This document shows, piece by piece, positions 9,664-18,559 of a stretch of 64,000 nt of DNA; within the stretch, counting starts at the first letter, position 1, and every line of letters begins with the position of its first letter. Where the stretch lies: contig JARVGK010000016.1 in NCBI GenBank assembly GCA_029762535.1, positions 1 through 64,000 of the forward strand, given 5' to 3'. The stretch is from Thermoplasmatota archaeon. GTDB lineage: Archaea; Thermoplasmatota; Penumbrarchaeia; Penumbrarchaeales; Penumbrarchaeaceae. The notes beneath the pieces are model-generated. The model was not told the origin of the DNA, searched no databases, and saw only the letters and a program-made list of their open reading frames with translations. The position numbers and the translations under genes were made by a program.

Positions 9664-10994
9664 GGCTCGGGGTGTAGGGCCCCGCAGATCATCTTCGCCG
9701 TCTCCATGTCGATCCCCTTGATGAGGACGAGATCCTCAGGAACGGCCTCCTTGAGCTCATCAAGGTTTCTGTAGCCGGCTCCTTTGAGCAACTCGATGAT
9801 CTCCGGCCCCACACCCGGAATGTCCTCCATGCTGTTTATCTCGGGGGGAGGCTCCGGGGCCTCGACGACGGGCCCCTGAACTGAAACCTCTTCCTCAGCT
9901 TTGTCCTCCTCCGGGACATCCCCTTTGTTTTCTGGAGAGATACCCTCGGGCCCCTCCTTTTCCTCCTTCTCAGAGGCGGCCTCGGCATGGTCCTCCTCCT
10001 TTAAGGTTCCACTATCAGACCCAGCCTCCGGTCCGGAGGGCTTTTTCGAGAAGAACCTCTTTATGCGGTCCATCAGGCCCTCTTTGGGTTCTTCCTTCTC
10101 GGGCGGGGCCTCGGTTGGCTGCTCCACATCCTCCTGTGGGGAGGTAGCCTCGGGGGCTGGCTTCTCCGCCTGCTCCTCTTCGACGGGTTCGGCAAGGTCC
10201 TTTTCAGGTTCCGGCTCGCCCGATTCGGCGCTGGCATCTACGGCCAGAACCTCTTCGTGGATGGGATCTTCCACGGGATCGGGGATCCCCGGCTCGGATG
10301 GCTCCTCGGGTTCGGGTCCCTCCTCCTTGTCCTCGACCGGCTCCGGAACGGGGACCGATCCTGTCCTCTCCTCTTCCTGAGGGGAGGTCGGCGCTTCCGG
10401 CTGGGCCTCATCCTTCCTCCCGGAGAAGAGCCCCTTGAAGAAGCCTATGATCCTATCGATGATCCCCGGAGCGCTCTCCTCCTCGGCAGGCGCCTCGGCC
10501 TGACCCCCATCCGCTTGAGGTGCCTCGGTGACCGCCTCGGCGCAGGCTGATATGAGCATGTCCGCGGTCTTCTTGCCGATCCCTCTGATGGTCACGAGGC
10601 CCTCCGGCCCCTTCTCGAGGATCTTGTCCGGTGAGTCGATGCCCTCGCTCTCGAGGATATCTATCACGTTCGAGCGTATTCCCCTTTCCTTCATATACGT
10701 CCTGTATCGGGCCCTGGCCTCCTCGATCTCCTGGCGCTCCCGGATCCTCCCGAGATCGTACAGGGCCTGAGCGGTCCTATCGCCCACTCCAGTGAAAGAC
10801 ATGAAATACTTCAGGTCCCCGGATTTGAGCAGATCATAGCTGCTAAGCCCCATATCGTACAAAGATCGAGCCAGTTTGGGCTTGACCCTGCCGGTGCTCG
10901 TCAGGTATCCAGTGAATTCATCCCTGAACGGGTCCGCCTCTACTGCAATGGCCGCATCATCGGCCGAACTTTCATCCTGGGCCATCCTTATCAC
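9660..10994 (-). CDS. Multi helix-hairpin-helix protein with long acidic Pro-rich linker
   Basis: HhH motifs FTGVGDRTA, IRGIGKKTA, IPGVGPE, IKGIDMETA, with an E/P/A-rich centre. Confidence 0.75.
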   Translation of the reverse strand: MIRMAQDESSADDAAIAVEADPFRDEFTGYLTSTGRVKPKLARSLYDMGLSSYDLLKSGDLKYFMSFTGVGDRTAQALYDLGRIRERQEIEEARARYRTYMKERGIRSNVIDILESEGIDSPDKILEKGPEGLVTIRGIGKKTADMLISACAEAVTEAPQADGGQAEAPAEEESAPGIIDRIIGFFKGLFSGRKDEAQPEAPTSPQEEERTGSVPVPEPVEDKEEGPEPEEPSEPGIPDPVEDPIHEEVLAVDASAESGEPEPEKDLAEPVEEEQAEKPAPEATSPQEDVEQPTEAPPEKEEPKEGLMDRIKRFFSKKPSGPEAGSDSGTLKEEDHAEAASEKEEKEGPEGISPENKGDVPEEDKAEEEVSVQGPVVEAPEPPPEINSMEDIPGVGPEIIELLKGAGYRNLDELKEAVPEDLVLIKGIDMETAKMICGALHPEP

Positions 10995-11044
10995 CGTGCT
11001 TGGATAGAAAGGGGGACATGCCCCTTTTTACCGTGGAATGGGGG

Positions 11045-11500
11045 CTAATGTATAATATCTTTCCCCGTTTCGCCGCTTGCGGGTCTCAATAGTTCAACAG
11101 CCTCTCCCCTGGATGATGGATATGTATGCACCCTGATCCTGATAACTATGCTCTCCCCCTTTTTCCAAAGAGTGGGCGCACCCGAATAGCAGGAGTCCTT
11201 GCCCAGTCGGATATGATATACGAGATGGTCGTCCAGCCTTTCATAGGGAGGGACGAAAGAAGCGGCATAGTAATCCGATGACGATATCCTGCAAAAACAT
11301 CTCTGGACCTCCTTGTTACGGGTAAGTTCGACGTTGAGTATCTCTATCGGATTTCCGAAGCTCCCCTCGGCCATGGCCGAGGATATCATCTTCTCATCGA
11401 TCTCCCCGATAACGTTCGTTACGCATTCGATCACCTTATTTCGGTCCTCGGTCGCGTTGACGAACGCCGAAACCGATATCGACCCTATCCTTCCGGCCAT
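11045..11500 (-). CDS. DUF54/COG1325 RNA-binding protein (exosome-associated family)
   Basis: FVNATEDRNKV, EGSFGNPI, HIRLGKD. Confidence 0.75.
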   Translation of the reverse strand: MAGRIGSISVSAFVNATEDRNKVIECVTNVIGEIDEKMISSAMAEGSFGNPIEILNVELTRNKEVQRCFCRISSSDYYAASFVPPYERLDDHLVYHIRLGKDSCYSGAPTLWKKGESIVIRIRVHTYPSSRGEAVELLRPASGETGKDIIH

Positions 11501-11537
11501 GGAGGGTCAACCATAATATCCTAAAGATACATTTTGG

Positions 11538-12317
11538 ATGCGAGGCGTATACATGACGGTCCCCCGCAGCCACCCCAGGTACTTATCGTTAATGACAAGG
11601 GACAAGCTCGTCGAAGGGTTCCTCAAGGGCCTTGCCGCGCCCCAGGGACTGATAGCCCATGGGAGGGGCGAGGCCTTCGATTATCTGCTTGGCGAGGAGA
11701 CCTGCCCGGAGGCCAGGGAAGCGATAGCGGCCGCAGCTTACAGGCTGCTAACTGCTCAAAGCCCCGTGGTCTCCGTCAACGGTAACGTCGCAACGCTGTG
11801 CCCGGAGGAGATCTCCCAGCTTTGCAACCTGCTCTCCTGTCCCGCCGAGGTCAATCTCTTCCACCGCAGCGAGGAGAGGGTGAGGTTGATAGCCGCCGAA
11901 CTCAGGAAGTCGGGTTGCGAGAGGGTCACGGGGGAGCACCCTGACTCAATGATCCCGGGCCTGGACCATTCGCGGGCGCTGGCGTCCGGCGATGGGATGA
12001 TGGGGGCCGATGTGGCCCTCGTCCCTCTCGAGGACGGGGACAGATGCGAAGCGCTTAAGGCCATGGGCAAATTCGTGATCACCATAGATCTTAACCCTCT
12101 CTCCAGGACCGCAAGGAAGGCCGATATATCCATAATAGACAACATAACAAGGGCCTTGCCGGAATTGAGAGAGGGGATCGCCCTATTGAAGGGGCTTGGA
12201 GAGGAGGGGCTCAAGGAGGCAGAGGAGGCTTTCGAGGATTACGATAACGAGCGTGTACTCGCCCAGCTACTGGATAGGATGACCAGGAAATACCTTTCCA
12301 ACCCGACACAGGATTGA
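11538..12317 (+). CDS. pps: 4-phosphopantoate--beta-alanine ligase (archaeal phosphopantothenate synthetase)
   Basis: SHPRYLSL, GLIAHGRGEAFDYLLGE, VSVNGN, VPLEDGDR, IDLNPLSRTA. Confidence 0.93.
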   Translation: MRGVYMTVPRSHPRYLSLMTRDKLVEGFLKGLAAPQGLIAHGRGEAFDYLLGEETCPEAREAIAAAAYRLLTAQSPVVSVNGNVATLCPEEISQLCNLLSCPAEVNLFHRSEERVRLIAAELRKSGCERVTGEHPDSMIPGLDHSRALASGDGMMGADVALVPLEDGDRCEALKAMGKFVITIDLNPLSRTARKADISIIDNITRALPELREGIALLKGLGEEGLKEAEEAFEDYDNERVLAQLLDRMTRKYLSNPTQD

Positions 12318-12326
12318 AGTGGGCCT

Positions 12327-12896
12327 TTACGGCCTCACATATCTCCTCTGGAACGAGCTGAGATCGCTCCTTCTGCTCTCGAACAGTGAGTCGAAACCCG
12401 ACATGGACCCCTCCCGGTCCATGATCTCGATCAGTGACTCGCCGATCTGGGAATCGAGGAGGCTCCTTTCTCCGGAATCGATTAGAGTGGTCTCCTCCGT
12501 CATCGACCCCTTTCGGAACTCGTCGAATAGGTCCATAACGGTCTTCTGATGTGCCAGATGGGCGGCCATCCATCTATCGAACGCCTCATCCATGTCCTTA
12601 ACGATGCCCTGGCCGGGGCCCACTTCCCGTTCGGCAACACTTGAATCCCTGACCTCTATCAGAAGGCAGAGATGGATGTCCGAAGGGATGTCGAGGAACG
12701 ACCTTACCATCTCCAGCATGTCGATGGTCCTCTCATCGATGGGCTTCCTGCAGGCCCTGTAAAGTAGAGAGCGGTAGAAGTCCATAACTTCCATACGCTG
12801 ATAGACCTTTCCCGTGTATGGGTTCCTGACCTCTCCGGTGATCAGCCCGTCGAAAAGGGCCAGATATCCACCTTGATCGGAAAGAGGGACCCCCAT
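12327..12896 (-). CDS. Hypothetical protein containing a helical module like the C-terminus of the DnaJ protein
   Basis: Fills the gap between genes. YRSLLYRA...I...MLEMVRSFLDIPSDIH pattern. Confidence 0.6.
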   Translation of the reverse strand: MGVPLSDQGGYLALFDGLITGEVRNPYTGKVYQRMEVMDFYRSLLYRACRKPIDERTIDMLEMVRSFLDIPSDIHLCLLIEVRDSSVAEREVGPGQGIVKDMDEAFDRWMAAHLAHQKTVMDLFDEFRKGSMTEETTLIDSGERSLLDSQIGESLIEIMDREGSMSGFDSLFESRRSDLSSFQRRYVRP

Positions 12897-13031
12897 GAAG
12901 TTACCGTCCTTGATACGGGATATTCCCGAAATGCACCGTGGGATCGATGGGATATTGAGTTTATAAAACTATTCCCCAATACATGTATCAACACTGACAA
13001 TGTTCATAATGTTTGTATCTGATACGATGTC

Positions 13032-13832
13032 ATGCGCGTGACGGTCAACGAAAAGGAGAGGGAGGTGCCCGAAGGCTCGACCCTTGAGGACATCAGAAGA
13101 ACGTTCAAACCACATGCGGATGTCATCGTCCAGAACGGCTTCCCGTGCGTCAGCGACTTCAAGGTTAAGGGATCCGACAGGATAGTGCTGATAAAAAAAG
13201 GGGAGATCCCGCCGATATCAGAATTGGAGTCGATGATGATGGCGAGGAACGCACCTGGAGCCCACGAGCGTCTCAAGAGCTCCACCGTGGGTATAGCGGG
13301 AGCGGGCGGTCTGGGGTCCCATGTCGCGATATCGCTGGCCAGGGCAGGGGTGGGCAAACTAGTACTGGTCGATCATGACGTGGTAGAGCCCACCAACCTC
13401 AACAGGCAGATGTACGGCATCGATCATCTGGGCATGAAGAAGGTCGATGCCCTGGAACATATACTGCTGCAGGCGAACCCCTTCGTAGAGGTGGAAAAGC
13501 ATGACCTTTACCTCGACGACAGCAACTCCCCGGGCATATTCCGCGATTGCGAGGTCGTCGTGGAATGCCTGGACGATGCCTCGGCCAAGTCGGAGCTGAT
13601 ATCCACCGTCCTATCCAACCTGGAACATGTTCGAGTGGTCGGGGCATCAGGGCTTGCCGGATACGGCCCGGCCAACGAGATCATCACGAAAAGACACGAC
13701 AGGCTATACATATGCGGCGATGGTGTAAGTGGGATCGCCCCCGGCATCGGGCTGGTATCCTCCCGGGTCATGGTCTGCGCCGGACATCAGGCGAACCAGA
13801 CGATAAGGGTACTCCTCGGTGAATATGACTGA
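13032..13832 (+). CDS. thiF: ThiF-family sulfur-carrier adenylyltransferase with N-terminal ThiS-like domain
   Basis: MRVTVNEKE ubiquitin-like N-terminus, GIAGAGGLGS, DHDVVEPTNLNRQ, VCAGHQAN. Confidence 0.85.
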   Translation: MRVTVNEKEREVPEGSTLEDIRRTFKPHADVIVQNGFPCVSDFKVKGSDRIVLIKKGEIPPISELESMMMARNAPGAHERLKSSTVGIAGAGGLGSHVAISLARAGVGKLVLVDHDVVEPTNLNRQMYGIDHLGMKKVDALEHILLQANPFVEVEKHDLYLDDSNSPGIFRDCEVVVECLDDASAKSELISTVLSNLEHVRVVGASGLAGYGPANEIITKRHDRLYICGDGVSGIAPGIGLVSSRVMVCAGHQANQTIRVLLGEYD

Positions 13833-13900
13833 GAACATGCACCTTGAACCCCTTCATCGGGGCATGGCATTAATATCGTTTGCGGTCATTACGTCCCCTA

Positions 13901-14860
13901 ATGAGCGGAGAAGGAGTTCTCGTAACGGGCGGGGCGGGTTTCATCGGATCGCATCTCGTTGACCTCCTTGTGGAGAAAGGACATGCGGTCTATGTGCTGG
14001 ACGATCTATCAAGCGGGAGAATGGAGAACCTATCAACGCATGAAGGTTCCGACGCCATCAGGTTCATCAAGGGAGATGTGTCCAGGCCTCTGGACGAATG
14101 TCTGAACCCCGGCTCGATGAAAGGAGGGCCGGATATAGGGGCCATATTCCACCTCGCGGCAAGGGTGGATGTGACGACATCGATCAGCGACCCGATGGAT
14201 GACGCGAGGGTGAACTACATAGGAACGCTGAACGTCCTTGACTTCGCTTTGAGGAACGGGGTCCAAAATATGATATTCTCATCGTCGGCCGCGGTCTACG
14301 GGGACGTGAGGGAGATCCCCACGCCGGAGGATACCCCCAAGTCCCCGATCTCGCCTTATGGGTCCCACAAGCTCGCCTCCGAGAACATACTTGGAATGTT
14401 CAACGAGCATTACGGAATGAGATGCACGGCCCTTCGGTTCTTCAACGTGTACGGGCCGAGGCAGGATCCCTCGAATCCATATTCGGGGGTCATATCGAAG
14501 TTCATAGACGCTTCTTTGAGAAAAGACCCTCTCATCATATACGGGGACGGAGATCAGAGCAGGGACTTCGTTTACGTCAAGGACGTCGCCGAAGCCTTGT
14601 ACAGGGCATATATCCGAACCCCGTCCATTGCCCTGAACATCGGAACTGGTAGGGAGACGACGGTGAACTCGCTCGCGAAGACGGTTACCAGGACATCGGG
14701 ATACGAGGGCAGGACGGCACATATGCCTGGGAGAAAGGGGGAGATCATCCGCTCATGTGCCCGGGTCTCGATGGCCAGGGAGCATCTGGACTTCACTGCC
14801 GAGACGGATATTCAGGAGGGCATCGCCGAAACGATGAGATGGTTTCGGACACTGAGATGA
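13901..14860 (+). CDS. NAD-dependent nucleotide-sugar epimerase (GalE-like)
   Basis: VTGGAGFIGSH, SSAAVYG, YGSHK, FNVYGPRQ. Confidence 0.92.
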   Translation: MSGEGVLVTGGAGFIGSHLVDLLVEKGHAVYVLDDLSSGRMENLSTHEGSDAIRFIKGDVSRPLDECLNPGSMKGGPDIGAIFHLAARVDVTTSISDPMDDARVNYIGTLNVLDFALRNGVQNMIFSSSAAVYGDVREIPTPEDTPKSPISPYGSHKLASENILGMFNEHYGMRCTALRFFNVYGPRQDPSNPYSGVISKFIDASLRKDPLIIYGDGDQSRDFVYVKDVAEALYRAYIRTPSIALNIGTGRETTVNSLAKTVTRTSGYEGRTAHMPGRKGEIIRSCARVSMAREHLDFTAETDIQEGIAETMRWFRTLR

Positions 14861-14912
14861 ATAAAATTTTTCTATGTGCGTACATCTTCGGGTATCGACA
14901 TGGGTGATATCG

Positions 14913-15233
14913 ATGACGGAAGATGAAAATATAGAAGATGAAGAACTTCAAGATCAGAGGGCCGAATTCGCAAGGATGCTATCCTCCGTCGTGGACGCAT
15001 CCTTATCGAACCTCTCCCTGCTCTCAACACAGGCATGGCATCATATGGGCATCAAACCCCTGCCCGGGATCGATGTTTCCGAGATGGACCTCGAGCAGGC
15101 CAAGATCGCGATAGATCTATACGAGGCGAACCTCAACATAGTCCTAGGTAGGTTGGAAGCGGATATCGGCAAGGAGCTCAAGAGGGAGCTTATGAACCTC
15201 CAGATGAACTTCCTCAATAAATCGGGAAAATGA
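14913..15233 (+). CDS. DUF1844-like protein
   Basis: QAWHHMG...DLEQAKIAID...LQMNF pattern. Confidence 0.7.
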   Translation: MTEDENIEDEELQDQRAEFARMLSSVVDASLSNLSLLSTQAWHHMGIKPLPGIDVSEMDLEQAKIAIDLYEANLNIVLGRLEADIGKELKRELMNLQMNFLNKSGK

Positions 15234-15235
15234 TC

Positions 15236-15916
15236 TCATATCCTGGGTCGCCTCGGAGGAGGGCCGCGTATGGTAGGACCTCGTGCTTGAGCAGGTCTTT
15301 GGGGATATTGCATTTCACTCGGGGCGGCATCATCGCCGCTGCCTCTCGGCCAGAAATAATAAGCGAGCAATCCGCCCCCGATCAGGAAGAACAGGATGGC
15401 CACCGGGATCAGATAATAGGGGACGTATTTGTTCTCCACGTTCCATACCACGACATAGTTCACCAGCGTGGCCCTTGAGGTCAGGACCTCCAACGGGTCC
15501 ATGTCAGCATCCCTATACAGGATCATAACGAGATAGTATGTGTCGTGGTCCCCGATCGTGATGGTCTCATCGAATATCGTTACATTCTGTTTCGAGAACC
15601 CGGCGACGACCTGATAGGTCATATCCATGTCGGTGATGTTGCCCCTGCGGATCTCATCCGCTTCCAGATGGTCGATCTCCTGGAATCTCTCGAACTCGGA
15701 ATCGCCCTTTATCAGCATGACGCTGATGGGATAGCTCAGGGCCTCGACCCTGGCAGAGACCCTCAGAGCCTCGCCTTTTGTGAAATCTATGCGAATGTGC
15801 TCGTAATTCTCGATATTGACGAGCTTCTGTTCCTCGATCCTTTCCCCCGTAACCGCTCCGGACAGGGCGATGAGGATGATCGAAGCCGCGAAGAGAACGG
15901 CCTTGAATCGGTCCAT
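15236..15916 (-). CDS. Hypothetical membrane-anchored exported protein
   Basis: Signal peptide, C-terminal TM helix, Pro/Arg tail. Confidence 0.75.
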   Translation of the reverse strand: MDRFKAVLFAASIILIALSGAVTGERIEEQKLVNIENYEHIRIDFTKGEALRVSARVEALSYPISVMLIKGDSEFERFQEIDHLEADEIRRGNITDMDMTYQVVAGFSKQNVTIFDETITIGDHDTYYLVMILYRDADMDPLEVLTSRATLVNYVVVWNVENKYVPYYLIPVAILFFLIGGGLLAYYFWPRGSGDDAAPSEMQYPQRPAQARGPTIRGPPPRRPRI

Positions 15917-16026
15917 GGGACGTATTGAAACATAATCCCCTTTTATAATTTATGGATGGGTTTGAAAGCGTGAGGGATTGCAAATGTTAAAATACCCCCC
16001 ATTCCCCTATACATCAGGGAATATCC

Positions 16027-16347
16027 ATGGCGGAGATCTACGACATCCACACCGAGAAAATGAGTATCCATGAACTCTTCAAGAAGACGCCTATAGCGAC
16101 GGTCAACGATCATTTCTTCGGCCTGGCATGGCTCATGGGCGATTACGTGCTGCATAAGCATGATGTGGACGAGTTCTACCTGGTCATCGAGGGACATCTC
16201 ACGATCGAGGTATCCGGCAAGATCCACGAGCTGGACCCTGGCATGGGCATCAAGATAGAGAAGGGGGAGCCTCACATCTCCCATTCCGAGAGGATGACCC
16301 TCGTGGCGATCTTCGAGCCACAGAATATCAAGCCCATCATGCTGTAA
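16027..16347 (+). CDS. Cupin domain protein
   Basis: HKHDVDEFYLVIEG...GEPH. Confidence 0.85.
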   Translation: MAEIYDIHTEKMSIHELFKKTPIATVNDHFFGLAWLMGDYVLHKHDVDEFYLVIEGHLTIEVSGKIHELDPGMGIKIEKGEPHISHSERMTLVAIFEPQNIKPIML

Positions 16348-16446
16348 TGAGCCTGCGACATCCTTTAACCCATTCGTATCCTGCCTGGGACGATCATTTA
16401 TGTTATCGGATATGGGTTATATACCCTCCATTCACTGCCATGGACC

Positions 16447-17838
16447 ATGGGGGACCTGACGCTTATGTTCGTGTTGGTGTTGTTCCTACCATATGGCTTT
16501 ATGGGGGCATCATCCTCCGAGAATGATCTTATTCTTTGCAAGGGTTTGATGTTCGATGGCGTTGAATGGTCGGGAGATACGGACCATATCATAGGTTCGG
16601 GTTCCAGTTGCGATCCCTACCTGATATCAAACCTCGGTTTCGATCTGCGTTCCGGCACAGGTATAAAGATAATGAACTCGAGCAAACACATCGTAATACA
16701 CCATGTGGGCTTATACTACGGGAATGGATCCACAGCAATAAAATTGCTCAATTCCTCGAACATCGTCATCAGGAACGTTCTATCGTTCCGGTGCTGGATG
16801 GGATTGGAGATAGGCGATTCAACGGACCTTACCATCGAGAACGCGACCATTTATGGAGGGTACAACGGCATTACGATCCACCGTTCCTCGAACCTGGAAT
16901 TCATCGGCTGTTCATCGACGTATAACAACGCCAATGGTATGATCGTCAACGATTCGGAACGGATCAGGATATCCCATTGCCTTCTGGAGGTCAACTCACC
17001 CCGTTTGGGGTCCGATCAGGGTTTGCTGATACACAACTCTTCATTTATCGAGATCGACCGTACTGCGGTCATGATGAATTACGGGACTGGCATCCTAATA
17101 ACCGGCGAGGAGGGTTCGGCATCCGATGGGATCGTTATGAAAAACTGCACGATAGACAATAACGTCGATGGCATTCGTTGTGAAGGTGGCTCCTTATCCA
17201 TTTTCGATACGACCTTTTCTAGCAATACCCATGGCATCATCATGTTCGACTCCACAGGTTCCACTATTGACGGATGTCTTTTCAAAGATAACCACAGGGC
17301 CCTATCGTTATATGATAGCGAACGTACGATGATAACATCTTCGAAATTCCAATCGAACGATGGCTCAATATCTCTCAAGGACTCCATAAACAACACCATA
17401 GCTTCGAACGAGTTCCGCAACGATACCGATCATTCCATCATAATAGGGCGATATGGGCCAGAAAGGGACGCTTCCTCGCAAAATATCATTATGGACAATC
17501 ATTTCATCGATCATAGAGGGTTGAGGGATTGTACGCTGGATATGGGATGCGATAATTACTGGAACGGACCCGATAAAGGAAATCGATGGTCGGATCATCT
17601 CGGACCGGATAATGACGGGAACGGGTTCGTCGATAGCCCCAGGATGATACCGGGACTTGCCGGATCCTCCGACACATTACCTTTGGCATCATTGTATCCC
17701 GAAGAGAATGAGAGGGATATGGAGGGTCCTTCGATCGATCTCATATTCCTGTTCTCATCCATAACGATAGCTTTCTCGCTTCTTTCCCTGATCATAGTAT
17801 CCCTCCGCTGGAGGGGACGGAGTTCACGTGATACATAG
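16447..17838 (+). CDS. NosD/CASH right-handed beta-helix surface protein
   Basis: GI.I..S.N..I..C repeats, GNRWSD...DNDGNGFVD.P, C-terminal TM. Confidence 0.85.
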   Translation: MGDLTLMFVLVLFLPYGFMGASSSENDLILCKGLMFDGVEWSGDTDHIIGSGSSCDPYLISNLGFDLRSGTGIKIMNSSKHIVIHHVGLYYGNGSTAIKLLNSSNIVIRNVLSFRCWMGLEIGDSTDLTIENATIYGGYNGITIHRSSNLEFIGCSSTYNNANGMIVNDSERIRISHCLLEVNSPRLGSDQGLLIHNSSFIEIDRTAVMMNYGTGILITGEEGSASDGIVMKNCTIDNNVDGIRCEGGSLSIFDTTFSSNTHGIIMFDSTGSTIDGCLFKDNHRALSLYDSERTMITSSKFQSNDGSISLKDSINNTIASNEFRNDTDHSIIIGRYGPERDASSQNIIMDNHFIDHRGLRDCTLDMGCDNYWNGPDKGNRWSDHLGPDNDGNGFVDSPRMIPGLAGSSDTLPLASLYPEENERDMEGPSIDLIFLFSSITIAFSLLSLIIVSLRWRGRSSRDT

Positions 17839-17865
17839 AAATATGACACACGAATTAACCCATGC

Positions 17866-18546
17866 ATGGCCTCGAACACGATCTCCAGCGGGATCCCGGT
17901 CCTGGACCAGGCGCTCCATCACGGGGGGTTCAAGAAAGGCTCGATAGTATTGTTGATCGGGGATCACTCCTCGAGGAAGGACCTCTTCGGACTCACCTTC
18001 CTTCGCGAGGGATTGCTCAAGGGAGAAAAAGCCGCCTTCTACGACATTGAGGCCTCCTCCGATGAGATAATGGACCTGCTGATGGAGAGCACCGATGTCG
18101 ATATTCTAAAGAACCTGCGGTTCGTTGACGCCTGTCCTGAGTATTCCAAGTTCTTCATCAACGCGGTCCCGGCCCGGATAATCGAGGACATGAGAAGGCT
18201 CGACCCTCTCACCATCAACCGGGTTCTCATCAACCCTTTCACCTTCTTCATAGAGAAGTTCGGATTGGAGGATTCTGGGGATCTCCTCATCATGATCAGG
18301 GATATCGCTATCAAGAAGAAGCTGACAGTGATGTTCCTGATGGCGGACATTCTGGACGAGAGGAAGATGCAATCTGTGATCGACAAGTTCGACGGGATCA
18401 TAGAGCTCAGAACGGTCGAGATCCATGAGGGGACCTACCACACCCTGGACATCAAGAAGTTCTCCTCGCAGCAGAAGAGGATACAGCTGACCTACAACAC
18501 CATGGGCGTCGAGGTCAGGATAACCTCGACCGGCAGGATCATCTGA
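17866..18546 (+). CDS. KaiC/RAD55-like RecA-fold protein with degenerate Walker A
   Basis: ISSGIPVLDQAL..GGFKKGSIVLLIG followed by DHSSRKD, and DGIIEL. Confidence 0.8.
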   Translation: MASNTISSGIPVLDQALHHGGFKKGSIVLLIGDHSSRKDLFGLTFLREGLLKGEKAAFYDIEASSDEIMDLLMESTDVDILKNLRFVDACPEYSKFFINAVPARIIEDMRRLDPLTINRVLINPFTFFIEKFGLEDSGDLLIMIRDIAIKKKLTVMFLMADILDERKMQSVIDKFDGIIELRTVEIHEGTYHTLDIKKFSSQQKRIQLTYNTMGVEVRITSTGRII

Positions 18547-18559
18547 TCATGATCGCCGA

